64,000 nt of DNA. Origin: Myxococcota bacterium. Its GTDB lineage: Bacteria; Myxococcota; Kuafuiibacteriia; Kuafuiibacteriales; Kuafuiibacteriaceae. The stretch is from NCBI GenBank assembly GCA_039819565.1, contig JBCBRU010000001.1, forward strand, positions 4,098 through 68,097. Reading direction: 5' to 3'. The translations under genes and the position numbers were made by a program. This document shows positions 8,787 to 17,089 of this stretch, piece by piece; within the stretch, counting starts at the first letter, position 1, and each line of letters begins with the position of its first letter. The notes under the pieces are model-generated. The model saw only the letters and a list, made by a program, of their open reading frames with translations, was not told the origin of the DNA and ran no database searches.

Positions 8787-10907
8787 TCACATCGCTCCGA
8801 GCACATGGAGCAGGAAAGATTGCTCGAACGCCACTTCTTCCAGGGCCTCGAAGCGCCCGGCGGCGCCGCCGTGACCCGCTTCCATGTTCGTCTTGAGAAG
8901 AAGCAAGCGGTCGTCGGTCTTTCGAGCCCGGAGGCGCGCGACCCACTTGGCGGGTTCCCAGTACGTGACGCGCGGATCCGAGAGGCCGGCCAACACGAGC
9001 AGATGGGGATAAGGCCCCTCGCGGACGTTGTCGTAAGGAGAGTATCCCCGGATGTATTCGAAGGCCGAAGCATCGCGGATCGGATCGCCCCACTCGGGCC
9101 ACTCGGGCGGAGTCAAAGGGAGGGTCTCGTCCAGCATCGTATTCAAGACATCGACGAAGGGTACGTCGGCTACGATCGCCGAGAACAGCTCCGAGTGTTC
9201 GTTGGCCAAAACCCCCATCAACATACCGCCGGCGCTTCCTCCCATGGCGGCGATGCGAGAGGCATCGACAAGCCTACGGTCGCCAAGCGCTCGGGCCGCG
9301 GCGGCGAAATCGGAGAAGGTGTTTCGCTTCTTCTGAAGCTTTCCGTCTCGATACCAGCGGTAGCCGCGATCCATCCCCCCGCGTACGTGAGCGATCGCGA
9401 AGATAACTCCGCGATCTACGAGCGAGAGTCGGGTCAGCGAAAAGCCGGCGGGCATGGCGTGACCGTAGGCTCCGTAGCCGTAGAGAAGGCACGGGGCGCT
9501 CCCGTCGAGCGGGACGTCCGCGCGATGGAGGATGGACACCGGCACCTCCTCACCGTCGGAAGCCGAGATCATGAGTCGCTTGGCAACGTAACGGGCGGGG
9601 TCATGGCCGCTGGGGAGGATCTGCTCCTTTCGCAAAACCCGCTCCCCCGACGACATATCGTAGTCATAGGTCCGCTGGGGTGTAGTCATCGAGCTGTATA
9701 CGAATCGAAAGACCTGCGTATCGAACTCCCGCGCTCCCACGAGCCCGAGGCTGTAGACCTCCTCGGAGAAAGACACCTTGCGCTCGCGAGTGAGCTGGGC
9801 ATCGCTGAGATCGTAGATCACGAGTTGAGGGAGCCCGTCCACCCGTTCGATGACAACGAGGTGGTTTCGAAACAGGTGGTACCCAAGGCGGAGCCGCCCC
9901 GCCTGCGGGGGAAGCAGCTCACGCCAAGAGTTCCGAGCCTCATCGGCCCCTAACGCCGACAAAGGCATCGAGGCGAGCGTATAGTCCTCTGCCCCTCCCG
10001 CATTCGTCCGCATGATGAGGGACTCGCCGTGATGACTAACGTCATACTCTACCCCGACCGTACGGGTGGCCACCCGTACGGGGGCCGCACTTGGGCTCTC
10101 TGCATCCAGCAGCCAAACCTCCGAGGTGTCGTGGTCATGCGCATCGATAGTTACGAAGCGCTGACTCTCCGTGCGGGATAGGCCGACAAAGAACCCCGGA
10201 TCCTCTTCGAAATACAGCGTAGAGTCGTTCTCGGGTGGCTCACCGAGAACGTGCCGCTTTACGGTGCGCGGGCGATGTTCAGCGTCAAGCACGGTGTAGA
10301 TCACGGTCCGATCGTCGAGAAACTCGAAACTCCCGCTCGTCCCCTGAATGGAATCATCCAGCCATAACCCGGTCTCAACCTCTCGAAACCTCAAGGTCCA
10401 GAGCTCAGCGCCCGAAGTATCCTCGGCGATGGCTACGAGCCGATGATCCGGGGAGGGCTCGCAGGCACCTACCTGAAAGAAGGCTTTCCCTTTGGCCTCG
10501 GCATCCCCATCGAAGAGTACGGTTTCCTCTCCGCCTCCCCTCGGCCGCCGGCCGAAGATGGGGTGCTGGCCGCCAACCTCGTATCGCTGGTAGTAGCTCC
10601 ATGGCCCCTCGTCCTGAGGCACCGAGGCATCGTCCTCAACGATGCGTCCCCGGTACTCCTCAAAGAGCTCCTTGCGCAGATCGGCGAGGCCCTCGAGGCT
10701 GCGCGTGCAGTAGTCATTTTCGGCCTCAAGATAGGCGCGAATATCGGGCTCGAGCGCCGAGCCGTCCCGCATCGCCTCACGCCACCGTTGGGACCGGAGC
10801 CAAGCAAACTCATCGTTCCATCGATAGCCGTGAGCGGCCTGAGGGGCGGAGCGAGGCTCAGCCTGCGGGGGCGAAGGTAAGGCGTGGGGAGGGGATTCGT
10901 CGTTCAT
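8787..10907 (-). CDS. ptrB: S9A serine peptidase, oligopeptidase B / prolyl oligopeptidase family
   Basis: N-terminal beta-propeller region (YRWNDEFAWLRS...), C-terminal catalytic domain with nucleophile GGSAGGMLMG, then DVPFVDV and EAGHGG (His). Confidence 0.85.
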   Translation of the reverse strand: MNDESPPHALPSPPQAEPRSAPQAAHGYRWNDEFAWLRSQRWREAMRDGSALEPDIRAYLEAENDYCTRSLEGLADLRKELFEEYRGRIVEDDASVPQDEGPWSYYQRYEVGGQHPIFGRRPRGGGEETVLFDGDAEAKGKAFFQVGACEPSPDHRLVAIAEDTSGAELWTLRFREVETGLWLDDSIQGTSGSFEFLDDRTVIYTVLDAEHRPRTVKRHVLGEPPENDSTLYFEEDPGFFVGLSRTESQRFVTIDAHDHDTSEVWLLDAESPSAAPVRVATRTVGVEYDVSHHGESLIMRTNAGGAEDYTLASMPLSALGADEARNSWRELLPPQAGRLRLGYHLFRNHLVVIERVDGLPQLVIYDLSDAQLTRERKVSFSEEVYSLGLVGAREFDTQVFRFVYSSMTTPQRTYDYDMSSGERVLRKEQILPSGHDPARYVAKRLMISASDGEEVPVSILHRADVPLDGSAPCLLYGYGAYGHAMPAGFSLTRLSLVDRGVIFAIAHVRGGMDRGYRWYRDGKLQKKRNTFSDFAAAARALGDRRLVDASRIAAMGGSAGGMLMGVLANEHSELFSAIVADVPFVDVLNTMLDETLPLTPPEWPEWGDPIRDASAFEYIRGYSPYDNVREGPYPHLLVLAGLSDPRVTYWEPAKWVARLRARKTDDRLLLLKTNMEAGHGGAAGRFEALEEVAFEQSFLLHVLGAM

Positions 10908-10913
10908 CTGGGC

Positions 10914-12371
10914 TCACTCTTTCGAACAATCGACCGGAGGCGATGGATCCCCCGGAGTAGGTCGACACCACCTGAAGACCCCATCGGCGCCGCGCGCGAG
11001 CGACTCGTGGGACAGGCTGGGCGGAGCGCCTCCGGGATGATCCGCGCCTCGAAGAGTTCCGAGTACAACGCGATCCAACCGAACGTCTCCAGCCCAAAGC
11101 TCTATCGCGACGCCGGACTGCGCCGTGTCTCCCCGAGGCCGCACCACGAGCGCCTCGCCTGGAAACCAGGTGGTCCATGACCCGTCGTCTCCGAAAAACG
11201 CGCCAGGAGCATCAACCACCCGAAAAACGCTGGGCGTCCCATCGAGAACTCGAAGCTCGAGGCCAACTCGATCGGTATCCATCGCCGTCTCCCCTGCGTT
11301 AACGAGTTCAATCCACTCATCGGCGGCACTGACGGTGCCGGCCCCCGGGTAGCCGTCGAAGGGCACACCCGCCGGGATGCTGTCGCCCCAGTCTCTTCGT
11401 GGAGACGTCACCACCTCAGAGATCCGAGCAAAAACCGGCGTTGGAGTCTGCACGGAGAGTTCGGTTCGAGCCGTCTCTCCAGCCAGGTCTTCCGCGACGA
11501 TCTCGGCCGTCAGCGTCTCGTCCTCAGGAAGCGCCCCGTTCGATCGAAGCCATAGCCTAACCCCAGGCATATCCATGGACTCGAGGAGTCCGCGGTCCCC
11601 TTTCGATTGCCAAGCGCCCGAGACGCGAACCACCTCACTCGCCGTAACCTCGACCTCCAGCCGGCCAGGAAGAGCGCGGGCCTGTGCCGTCACCCCAGGA
11701 GGTACGCGATCCGCAACCGTCCCCGTACGAATAAGCACCAGGCTCTCCGTGGATGAGACTCGCGGCCCCACCAAACGAAGCCAACGTGGTGGGCACTCGG
11801 GGCTGCACACGAGCTTGGGTACGATCCGGAAGTGACCGGGGGTCTCGAGTTCCGGAGCCAGCTCCCACCGACCGCCCACATCATCCTCGAGGGCGTAGGT
11901 CTCGCCCGGTGCGGTCCCAGCAAGAACCACCCAATTCAAGTTCGCGGGGGCCGACTTTCCGGGTACGGGACGCCGGATCACAACCTCGCTTGGACGTTCA
12001 TCAGCCCTTCCGACCACCGTGAATGAGATCGAAGCCACGTCGATGGATGCGCCCTCCGAGTCTACGAGCGCACCGGTGAGGTCGACGAAGATCGTTTCTC
12101 CCCCCGGCCAGCGAGGCAGAGGGTAGAGCCGGAGACCCGATGAGAGCTCCTCCATCTCGAAAGACAAGTTGCCATTGAGTCCCTCTACGCGAGGGGCTCC
12201 CACCCAGCTCGCTTCCGCGCTCCAGTCGAGCGAAACTACGTCCGTCAGGTCCACGAGACCCTCTGGGTGCCTTTCGGGGACCAAAAGGTGGTCCTCACCG
12301 CGAGGAGCCTCGGGAGGGGCCCAGCACCCGGTGAAGATCAGCGCGAGGACTCGGCAAGCAACTGAGACCAC
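10914..12371 (-). CDS. lipoprotein with C-terminal lamin-tail (LTD) domain
   Basis: ORF 10914..13274 was trimmed because its first ~300 aa are R/G/S-rich and overlap better ORFs in other frames. GTG at 12371 gives VVSVACRVLALIFTGC (lipobox). C-terminal ISEVVTSP...SAADEWIELVNAGETAMDTDRVGLEL is LTD-like. Confidence 0.55.
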   Translation of the reverse strand: MVSVACRVLALIFTGCWAPPEAPRGEDHLLVPERHPEGLVDLTDVVSLDWSAEASWVGAPRVEGLNGNLSFEMEELSSGLRLYPLPRWPGGETIFVDLTGALVDSEGASIDVASISFTVVGRADERPSEVVIRRPVPGKSAPANLNWVVLAGTAPGETYALEDDVGGRWELAPELETPGHFRIVPKLVCSPECPPRWLRLVGPRVSSTESLVLIRTGTVADRVPPGVTAQARALPGRLEVEVTASEVVRVSGAWQSKGDRGLLESMDMPGVRLWLRSNGALPEDETLTAEIVAEDLAGETARTELSVQTPTPVFARISEVVTSPRRDWGDSIPAGVPFDGYPGAGTVSAADEWIELVNAGETAMDTDRVGLELRVLDGTPSVFRVVDAPGAFFGDDGSWTTWFPGEALVVRPRGDTAQSGVAIELWAGDVRLDRVVLGTLRGADHPGGAPPSLSHESLARGADGVFRWCRPTPGDPSPPVDCSKE

Positions 12372-12973
12372 CTTCCGCCGGTGGCGGCGTCCAGAGCGCC
12401 GTCGAGGCGCAGGAGCTGGACAAGGCCGTCTGCTGCGGGCTCCTTCGGAGCCTCCAGCTCGACCTCGAGGCGTTCGAAATACAGCTCCGTCACCTTTAGG
12501 ACCGCCGCCCGCACCACAGCAGATCGGCGTAGACGCTCGCGATGAGCCCGCAGCTCGTCGGACGAGAAGATGAGCTGACCGAGCTGAAACCGGAGGGACA
12601 CGTCGAGCCCATAGCCTCGACCTTCCGTCCAAGAGGGATCTCGCTCGGCTTGGGCTCGGATGTCGAGGTCGGAGTCGGTGCCGACGCGAACGTCGAGACG
12701 CGGTAGCCAGCCGCGGCTTCGGGCCCGACCTCCCCAGCTCCGTACCTCGGCATCGCTCGGCAACCTCAGAGAGGCTTCCGCCGCGTCCTGCACCGAAACC
12801 AAGCTGGGCCATCCGCTCCCGGCGACACGAGCCCTTAGTTCGCGCATGCGAGCCGCGTCTGCGGCCTGAGGAGATTCCCCCCGGGATGGTCCTTTCGACG
12901 CCGGAGGCGTCCCGAACGCTGTAGAGCCCAAGGCCGTCAGCTGGGCGGTGAATAGCCACGCTATCGCCCGCAT
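12338..12973 (-). CDS. hypothetical secreted protein
   Basis: Signal-like N-terminus MRAIAWLFTAQLTALGSTAFG and non-degenerate composition. Overlaps its neighbours by 13 and 34 nt in an operon-like arrangement. Confidence 0.5.
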   Translation of the reverse strand: MRAIAWLFTAQLTALGSTAFGTPPASKGPSRGESPQAADAARMRELRARVAGSGWPSLVSVQDAAEASLRLPSDAEVRSWGGRARSRGWLPRLDVRVGTDSDLDIRAQAERDPSWTEGRGYGLDVSLRFQLGQLIFSSDELRAHRERLRRSAVVRAAVLKVTELYFERLEVELEAPKEPAADGLVQLLRLDGALDAATGGRWSQLLAESSR

Positions 12974-13308
12974 CCCAGCACTCGCGCCCGCTCCCGATGC
13001 GCGAGCTCCAGCAGCGAGCCCTGCAAGCCACCTTTCGGGAGCTTCTCGAGAGGCTCCACGACGCAGACCGGGAGGCGAGGTGGGGATCGAAACGCCTCAA
13101 AGAGCGCGTCCCAGCCCACGACCACAGCGGCGCCGAATGCGACCTCCTCACTTCCTCGGGCGCTTTGGGACCGCCAGCGGAAGCCACTCCATATCCGAAC
13201 CTGCAACGGTTCGCTGGCCGCGGCCGCGGGCGCTCCGAGACCTGCAGGAAGACCTGCAGAGAGAGCAAATCCAATGAGTCTTAGGGCCAGGGTGCTTTTC
13301 CCAAACAC
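12961..13308 (-). CDS. hypothetical small secreted protein
   Basis: Signal peptide MFGKSTLALRLIGFALSAGLPAGLGAPAAAA. First ORF of an apparent three-gene minus-strand operon. Confidence 0.4.
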   Translation of the reverse strand: MFGKSTLALRLIGFALSAGLPAGLGAPAAAASEPLQVRIWSGFRWRSQSARGSEEVAFGAAVVVGWDALFEAFRSPPRLPVCVVEPLEKLPKGGLQGSLLELAHRERARVLGCGR

Positions 13309-13411
13309 CCCCTCCCCCGATTCAAGGGCTGTGCCGAGCCGAGCCGAGCTCTATAAAGGGCGGTCTCGTCCGAAAGTCGCACCTCCGGTTCGCTTATCGG
13401 AGGGAGCTCGT

Positions 13412-14260
13412 CTACCCGGCGGAACGGATCTGCACCAAGCCCTCGTTCATTCGCCCGCTTCGAAAGCCCTCGAGATCGAGGGCGACGAAGCGAAAACCGA
13501 TCTCGCGCCCGGCCGCGACGACGGCCTTTCGAGCTTCGAACGCCCGCGTGAGCTCGGCCTCGCCCACCTCCAACCGCACCATGTCCTCGTTCTCGCGAAC
13601 CAACCGCGCCCGCACGTCGAAGAACCCCATGTCGCGGAGGACGTCCTCCATCCGTTCGATGCGTGAGAGACGATCCGCGGTCACCTCCATCCCGTACGGG
13701 ACACGGCTCGAAAGGCACGCCAGCTGAGGTTTGTTCCACGTTGCGAGCCCAGCTCGTCGGGAGAGCGCACGGATCTCAGCCTTGGATAGGTGGGCCTCCG
13801 CCAACGGGTGTCGAACCCCCCGCTGAGCGGCCGCCGCGTGGCCGGGGCGATGATCCGAAAGATCATCGGCGTTGAAACCATCGACAACGACCGTTCCCGG
13901 GCTCGCCTCGGCGAGAAGGCCTGCGGCATCGAACAGCGTGTCCTTGCAGTAAAAGCAGCGAGACGGAGCATTCGCTCGATACTCCGGGCGATCGAGTTCG
14001 CGGGTGTCGACGATGCGATGGGCGATGCCAATGTCGCGGGCAAGGTGCTTCGCCGCTTCGAGCTCGCGGCCGGCCAACGAGGCGGAACGAGCCGTCAGGG
14101 CCTCCGCCCGCTCTCCGAGCACTCGATGGGCTGCCCAAGCCAGGTAGGTCGAGTCGACCCCTCCCGAAAAGGCGACCAAGACTTTCTCGACCTCTCCGAG
14201 ACGCGCAAAGACCGTGCGCTCCTTTGCGTCGAGGTCCGAATCCTCTGCGGCGACGTCCAT
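13412..14260 (-). CDS. larE: PP-loop ATP pyrophosphatase, LarE-like sulfur transferase (TIGR00268-type)
   Basis: PP-loop VLVAFSGGVDSTYLA; conserved Cys region APSRCFYCKDTLF; size about 280 aa, typical of LarE. Confidence 0.7.
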   Translation of the reverse strand: MDVAAEDSDLDAKERTVFARLGEVEKVLVAFSGGVDSTYLAWAAHRVLGERAEALTARSASLAGRELEAAKHLARDIGIAHRIVDTRELDRPEYRANAPSRCFYCKDTLFDAAGLLAEASPGTVVVDGFNADDLSDHRPGHAAAAQRGVRHPLAEAHLSKAEIRALSRRAGLATWNKPQLACLSSRVPYGMEVTADRLSRIERMEDVLRDMGFFDVRARLVRENEDMVRLEVGEAELTRAFEARKAVVAAGREIGFRFVALDLEGFRSGRMNEGLVQIRSAG

Positions 14261-14320
14261 CGAGTGCGCACTAGACCGTCGAAGGCGCGTTTCTGTCGAG
14301 ACTCCCGAAGCCCGAAGGAC

Positions 14321-15016
14321 TCAACCGGCCCCGAGGGCATGCGCGACGCGGAGAACCCGAACGACAGCCAGACTCCCCGGGTCGAGGCCGACGCGTCCCG
14401 CGCGGAAGAGAAGCTCGTCGGCCGTGACCTGGTCGAGATCGAGGTCCTCGAACCCGTCGAGGCCACGCATCCCGAGAGCCGCCAACAGCGGCCGATGGGT
14501 GCCCCTCGCACCGTCCTTCACGAGCGCGTCAGCCTCGGCTCGTCCATCACCGACGGTGAGCCAGATGCGGTCCGGAGAAAGAGAGCCGTTCGGATCGATC
14601 CACAGGACCCGCGCCGCGAGCCCCACCCGAACCTCCGGGGGAAAACCCATGCATCCGGACGCCTCGAGTTCGAGAAGCCGGTCCAGTCGCACCCGATCCG
14701 GCGTCCTCCGAGGGGCCTCACTCGAGAGACGGGCGCGGAGGCCTACTTCTCCCAGAGTCAGCCGCACCGGCCCCGTAGCGGCCACAACCGGCGCATCGAT
14801 ACGGCGTCCCTGCACCACCGTCCCCCGAGGAGAGGCCCCGAGGTCGACGATCACCATTCGCCCCCGGCGAATCTCGAGGCGGGCATGGCGCAGAGCGACG
14901 GTGGGGTGGGGAAGAACGAGGTCCGCGGATCGCGAGCGACCGATGAGCGCGGAGGCCCCGACACTGCGCTCACCGAGCCAGCGCCCCCGCAGCTCAACCT
15001 CGACCCGCATCCCCAT
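14321..15016 (-). CDS. FHA-domain protein
   Basis: N-terminal FHA signature LIGRSRSADLVLPHPTVALRHARLEIRRGRMVIVDLGASPRGTVVQGRRI. ATG at 15016 (or 15010) is preferred over the ORF start at 15082. Confidence 0.75.
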   Translation of the reverse strand: MGMRVEVELRGRWLGERSVGASALIGRSRSADLVLPHPTVALRHARLEIRRGRMVIVDLGASPRGTVVQGRRIDAPVVAATGPVRLTLGEVGLRARLSSEAPRRTPDRVRLDRLLELEASGCMGFPPEVRVGLAARVLWIDPNGSLSPDRIWLTVGDGRAEADALVKDGARGTHRPLLAALGMRGLDGFEDLDLDQVTADELLFRAGRVGLDPGSLAVVRVLRVAHALGAG

Positions 15017-15046
15017 GACCGCAAGGTACGTCAGCAGTGCTGACGG

Positions 15047-15877
15047 ATGTACCTTTCCCGGGGGTGCTCCCGGAGGGAACATCCCCGGGTGCTCCTCGTC
15101 ACCTGGGCGTCTCTAGCGATCGGCTTTGAGGCAGGATCTGCCGATCTTGGGTCTCGACTGAGGCTTCCCGTGGCGGCCGCGGTCCGCCCCGCCACCGTCC
15201 CCGACGATCATTTTGCCGTCCGATTCTCGGGGACCCTGCTGACGCGCCCCGGTCAGTGGAGCGCGCCTCTCGTTGCGGGCGCTGGATACGGTCTGACCGA
15301 CAACTTCGAGATCGGGACCGCGCTTCTCCGCTTCACGCTGGCCGAGGCCGAAAGTGGGGTTCCTGGCGCCGACGGCCTCACCGCCCCTACCATCTACGGT
15401 GCCGCTCGACTCCCCCTAGGGCCCGTGGAGCTCGGCGGGCGGGCAGAGCTGGAGCTTCCGCTCGAGGGCTTTCGAGCGCTCTCCGCGGGCACGTTCGTGC
15501 GGTTCCACTTCGGCTCGGTGGCTCGAGTGGACCTGAGCGCCGAAGCGACCCTGTTTTACGACGGCGTTGAGGTGAGTTGGCCCTCCGTCGGAGATTTAGG
15601 GGCGACCTTCAATCTCCTCGAGCGCTGGGCCTTGACCGGGGGCCTCAGCTTTCGCAGCGATGACCTAGGCGCCGACCTGCGCGCCGTCCCTCGGGTGGGG
15701 ACCCTCGTAACGCTAGGGCAGCCAAGCTCGCCTCCTCTTCTCGACCTCGAGGTCGCTCTTCTGTTCCCGGCCGCGGCCTTGACCGGTCCGGATTTCGAGG
15801 AGGGTTGGGGCGGCTCCCTCATCCTCACCCTCTTCTTCGACGACCCCGCCGATGGCGTGGGCCCGGACCCTTTTTAG
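15047..15877 (+). CDS. hypothetical beta-strand-rich protein (possible outer-membrane protein); start uncertain
   Basis: Long ORF with non-degenerate composition, alternating hydrophobic pattern and C-terminal Phe. No clear signal peptide at the listed start. Confidence 0.4.
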   Translation: MYLSRGCSRREHPRVLLVTWASLAIGFEAGSADLGSRLRLPVAAAVRPATVPDDHFAVRFSGTLLTRPGQWSAPLVAGAGYGLTDNFEIGTALLRFTLAEAESGVPGADGLTAPTIYGAARLPLGPVELGGRAELELPLEGFRALSAGTFVRFHFGSVARVDLSAEATLFYDGVEVSWPSVGDLGATFNLLERWALTGGLSFRSDDLGADLRAVPRVGTLVTLGQPSSPPLLDLEVALLFPAAALTGPDFEEGWGGSLILTLFFDDPADGVGPDPF

Positions 15878-15880
15878 GGA

Positions 15881-17089
15881 CTAAGCAGCCTGATACGCGA
15901 CGGGGGCGATCTCGAGGGTGCTCCGGATCTCGGAAATGGCAGGGCTGGCCGGAAGCGCAATATGGGTTGCACCCTGATTCTGAGCCATGGCCGCGGCGAG
16001 CCAGGGGTCCGGGTGGTCTCGAAGCGGTCGGACCGGCAGCCCGCTGAAACCGATCTCTTGGCTAGGGCCCCCGACCAAGAGGCCGTCCACGCCCTCGAGG
16101 TCGAGGTCTCGCAGATCGATATCGAGCCAGGACGGCACCGCGAGAATTTTTTCAGCGCCCATGGATATCCACCCGGCGCGAAGATCCCAGACGTCAGCCT
16201 CACCGGATGAGTAGGCGAAGAGAGGTCCCCCGGGTGTTCCTCGGCCCCCCAGCTGCTCCGCCACCACCATGAGCCCGATGGGCTCGCCGGTGCTGCTGAT
16301 GAGCTCGATGGCCTGACCCGCGGAGCCCACAGGAAGCGAGGCTTGCAGCGTCATCGGTCTTCTCCAGGGCACCCCCTGGGACAGACGCCCCAGCGCTTCG
16401 ACGATACGCGCCTCGTGGGGCCGCTGAAAACCGGTGAGGGGGGAGAGCACCCCGAGCTCAAAGTCTCGAACCCGCTCCGACTGCTCTCGATTTAGGCGGA
16501 GCTCACGGCCCTCGGCGAAGCTCCTCAGAGCCTCCCGTTCTCGGGGAGCCAGTCTCCGGTGGGCCAACCGTCCCCCTACGGGGGCGATTGGGGAGGGACT
16601 CGTGCCTCCACGAAACTCCAGATCCGGAAAACTCTCGGGAGCGGGCCGCGATTCATCAAAAGCTCTGCGATCCTGACTCCATCGATACGCGGCCACCTCG
16701 CCGCAGCGTCCTCGGCGAACCTCGAAGACGAGGTGCACCAGGTCGGGCATCAGCGGGTAGCCGTTGGGGGCGATGGCGGCGCGGTCCACGGCGGAGAGAT
16801 ACGCGCCGGCGTCGGGATGGCTGTGGTACAGCACCCGCTCCACGCGTCCCGCTTCATCAGCTTTTTCGAGCACTTCGAGGTGCTCTCGATCGTCGAAGGC
16901 AAAGCGGTCAGGTTCCGCAGCGACGTTGGCCAGGGCGACCGGATGGTCAGCCACGTCCTCAGTCCGAGAGCCAAACACGAGCCCACAAGCTTCCCTGGGG
17001 TAGCGTTCTTCGGCGTCCGCGCGCATGGCGGCCAGAGCGCGCGCCGAGATATCCACCCCAAAGGCCGTCCAGCCCGCCCCGCTGGTCAT
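15881..17089 (-). CDS. JAMM/MPN+ metalloprotease fused to a degenerate ATP-sulfurylase-like module
   Basis: JAMM motifs are complete: Glu in PREACGLVFG and HSHPDAGAYLSAVD (HxHx7Sx2D). Residues ~185-280 (ELRLNREQSERVRDFELGVLSPLTGFQRPH...GVPWRRPMTLQA) resemble the PUA-like N-domain of ATP sulfurylase. The start ATG overlaps the stop of the upstream giant gene (ATGA). Confidence 0.8.
   Translation of the reverse strand: MTSGAGWTAFGVDISARALAAMRADAEERYPREACGLVFGSRTEDVADHPVALANVAAEPDRFAFDDREHLEVLEKADEAGRVERVLYHSHPDAGAYLSAVDRAAIAPNGYPLMPDLVHLVFEVRRGRCGEVAAYRWSQDRRAFDESRPAPESFPDLEFRGGTSPSPIAPVGGRLAHRRLAPREREALRSFAEGRELRLNREQSERVRDFELGVLSPLTGFQRPHEARIVEALGRLSQGVPWRRPMTLQASLPVGSAGQAIELISSTGEPIGLMVVAEQLGGRGTPGGPLFAYSSGEADVWDLRAGWISMGAEKILAVPSWLDIDLRDLDLEGVDGLLVGGPSQEIGFSGLPVRPLRDHPDPWLAAAMAQNQGATHIALPASPAISEIRSTLEIAPVAYQAA

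Noticed and set aside
12372-13274. N-terminal 300 aa of the 786-aa ORF 10914..13274
   Set aside because: The composition is Arg/Gly/Ser/Pro junk, and the stretch overlaps two ORFs with signal peptides in other frames. A lipobox start exists at GTG 12371.
13790-15116. Plus-strand ORFs of 417 aa and 300 aa opposite the LarE-like and FHA genes
   Set aside because: They are antisense shadows with degenerate R/P/S-rich translations, whereas the minus-strand products carry PP-loop and FHA signatures.
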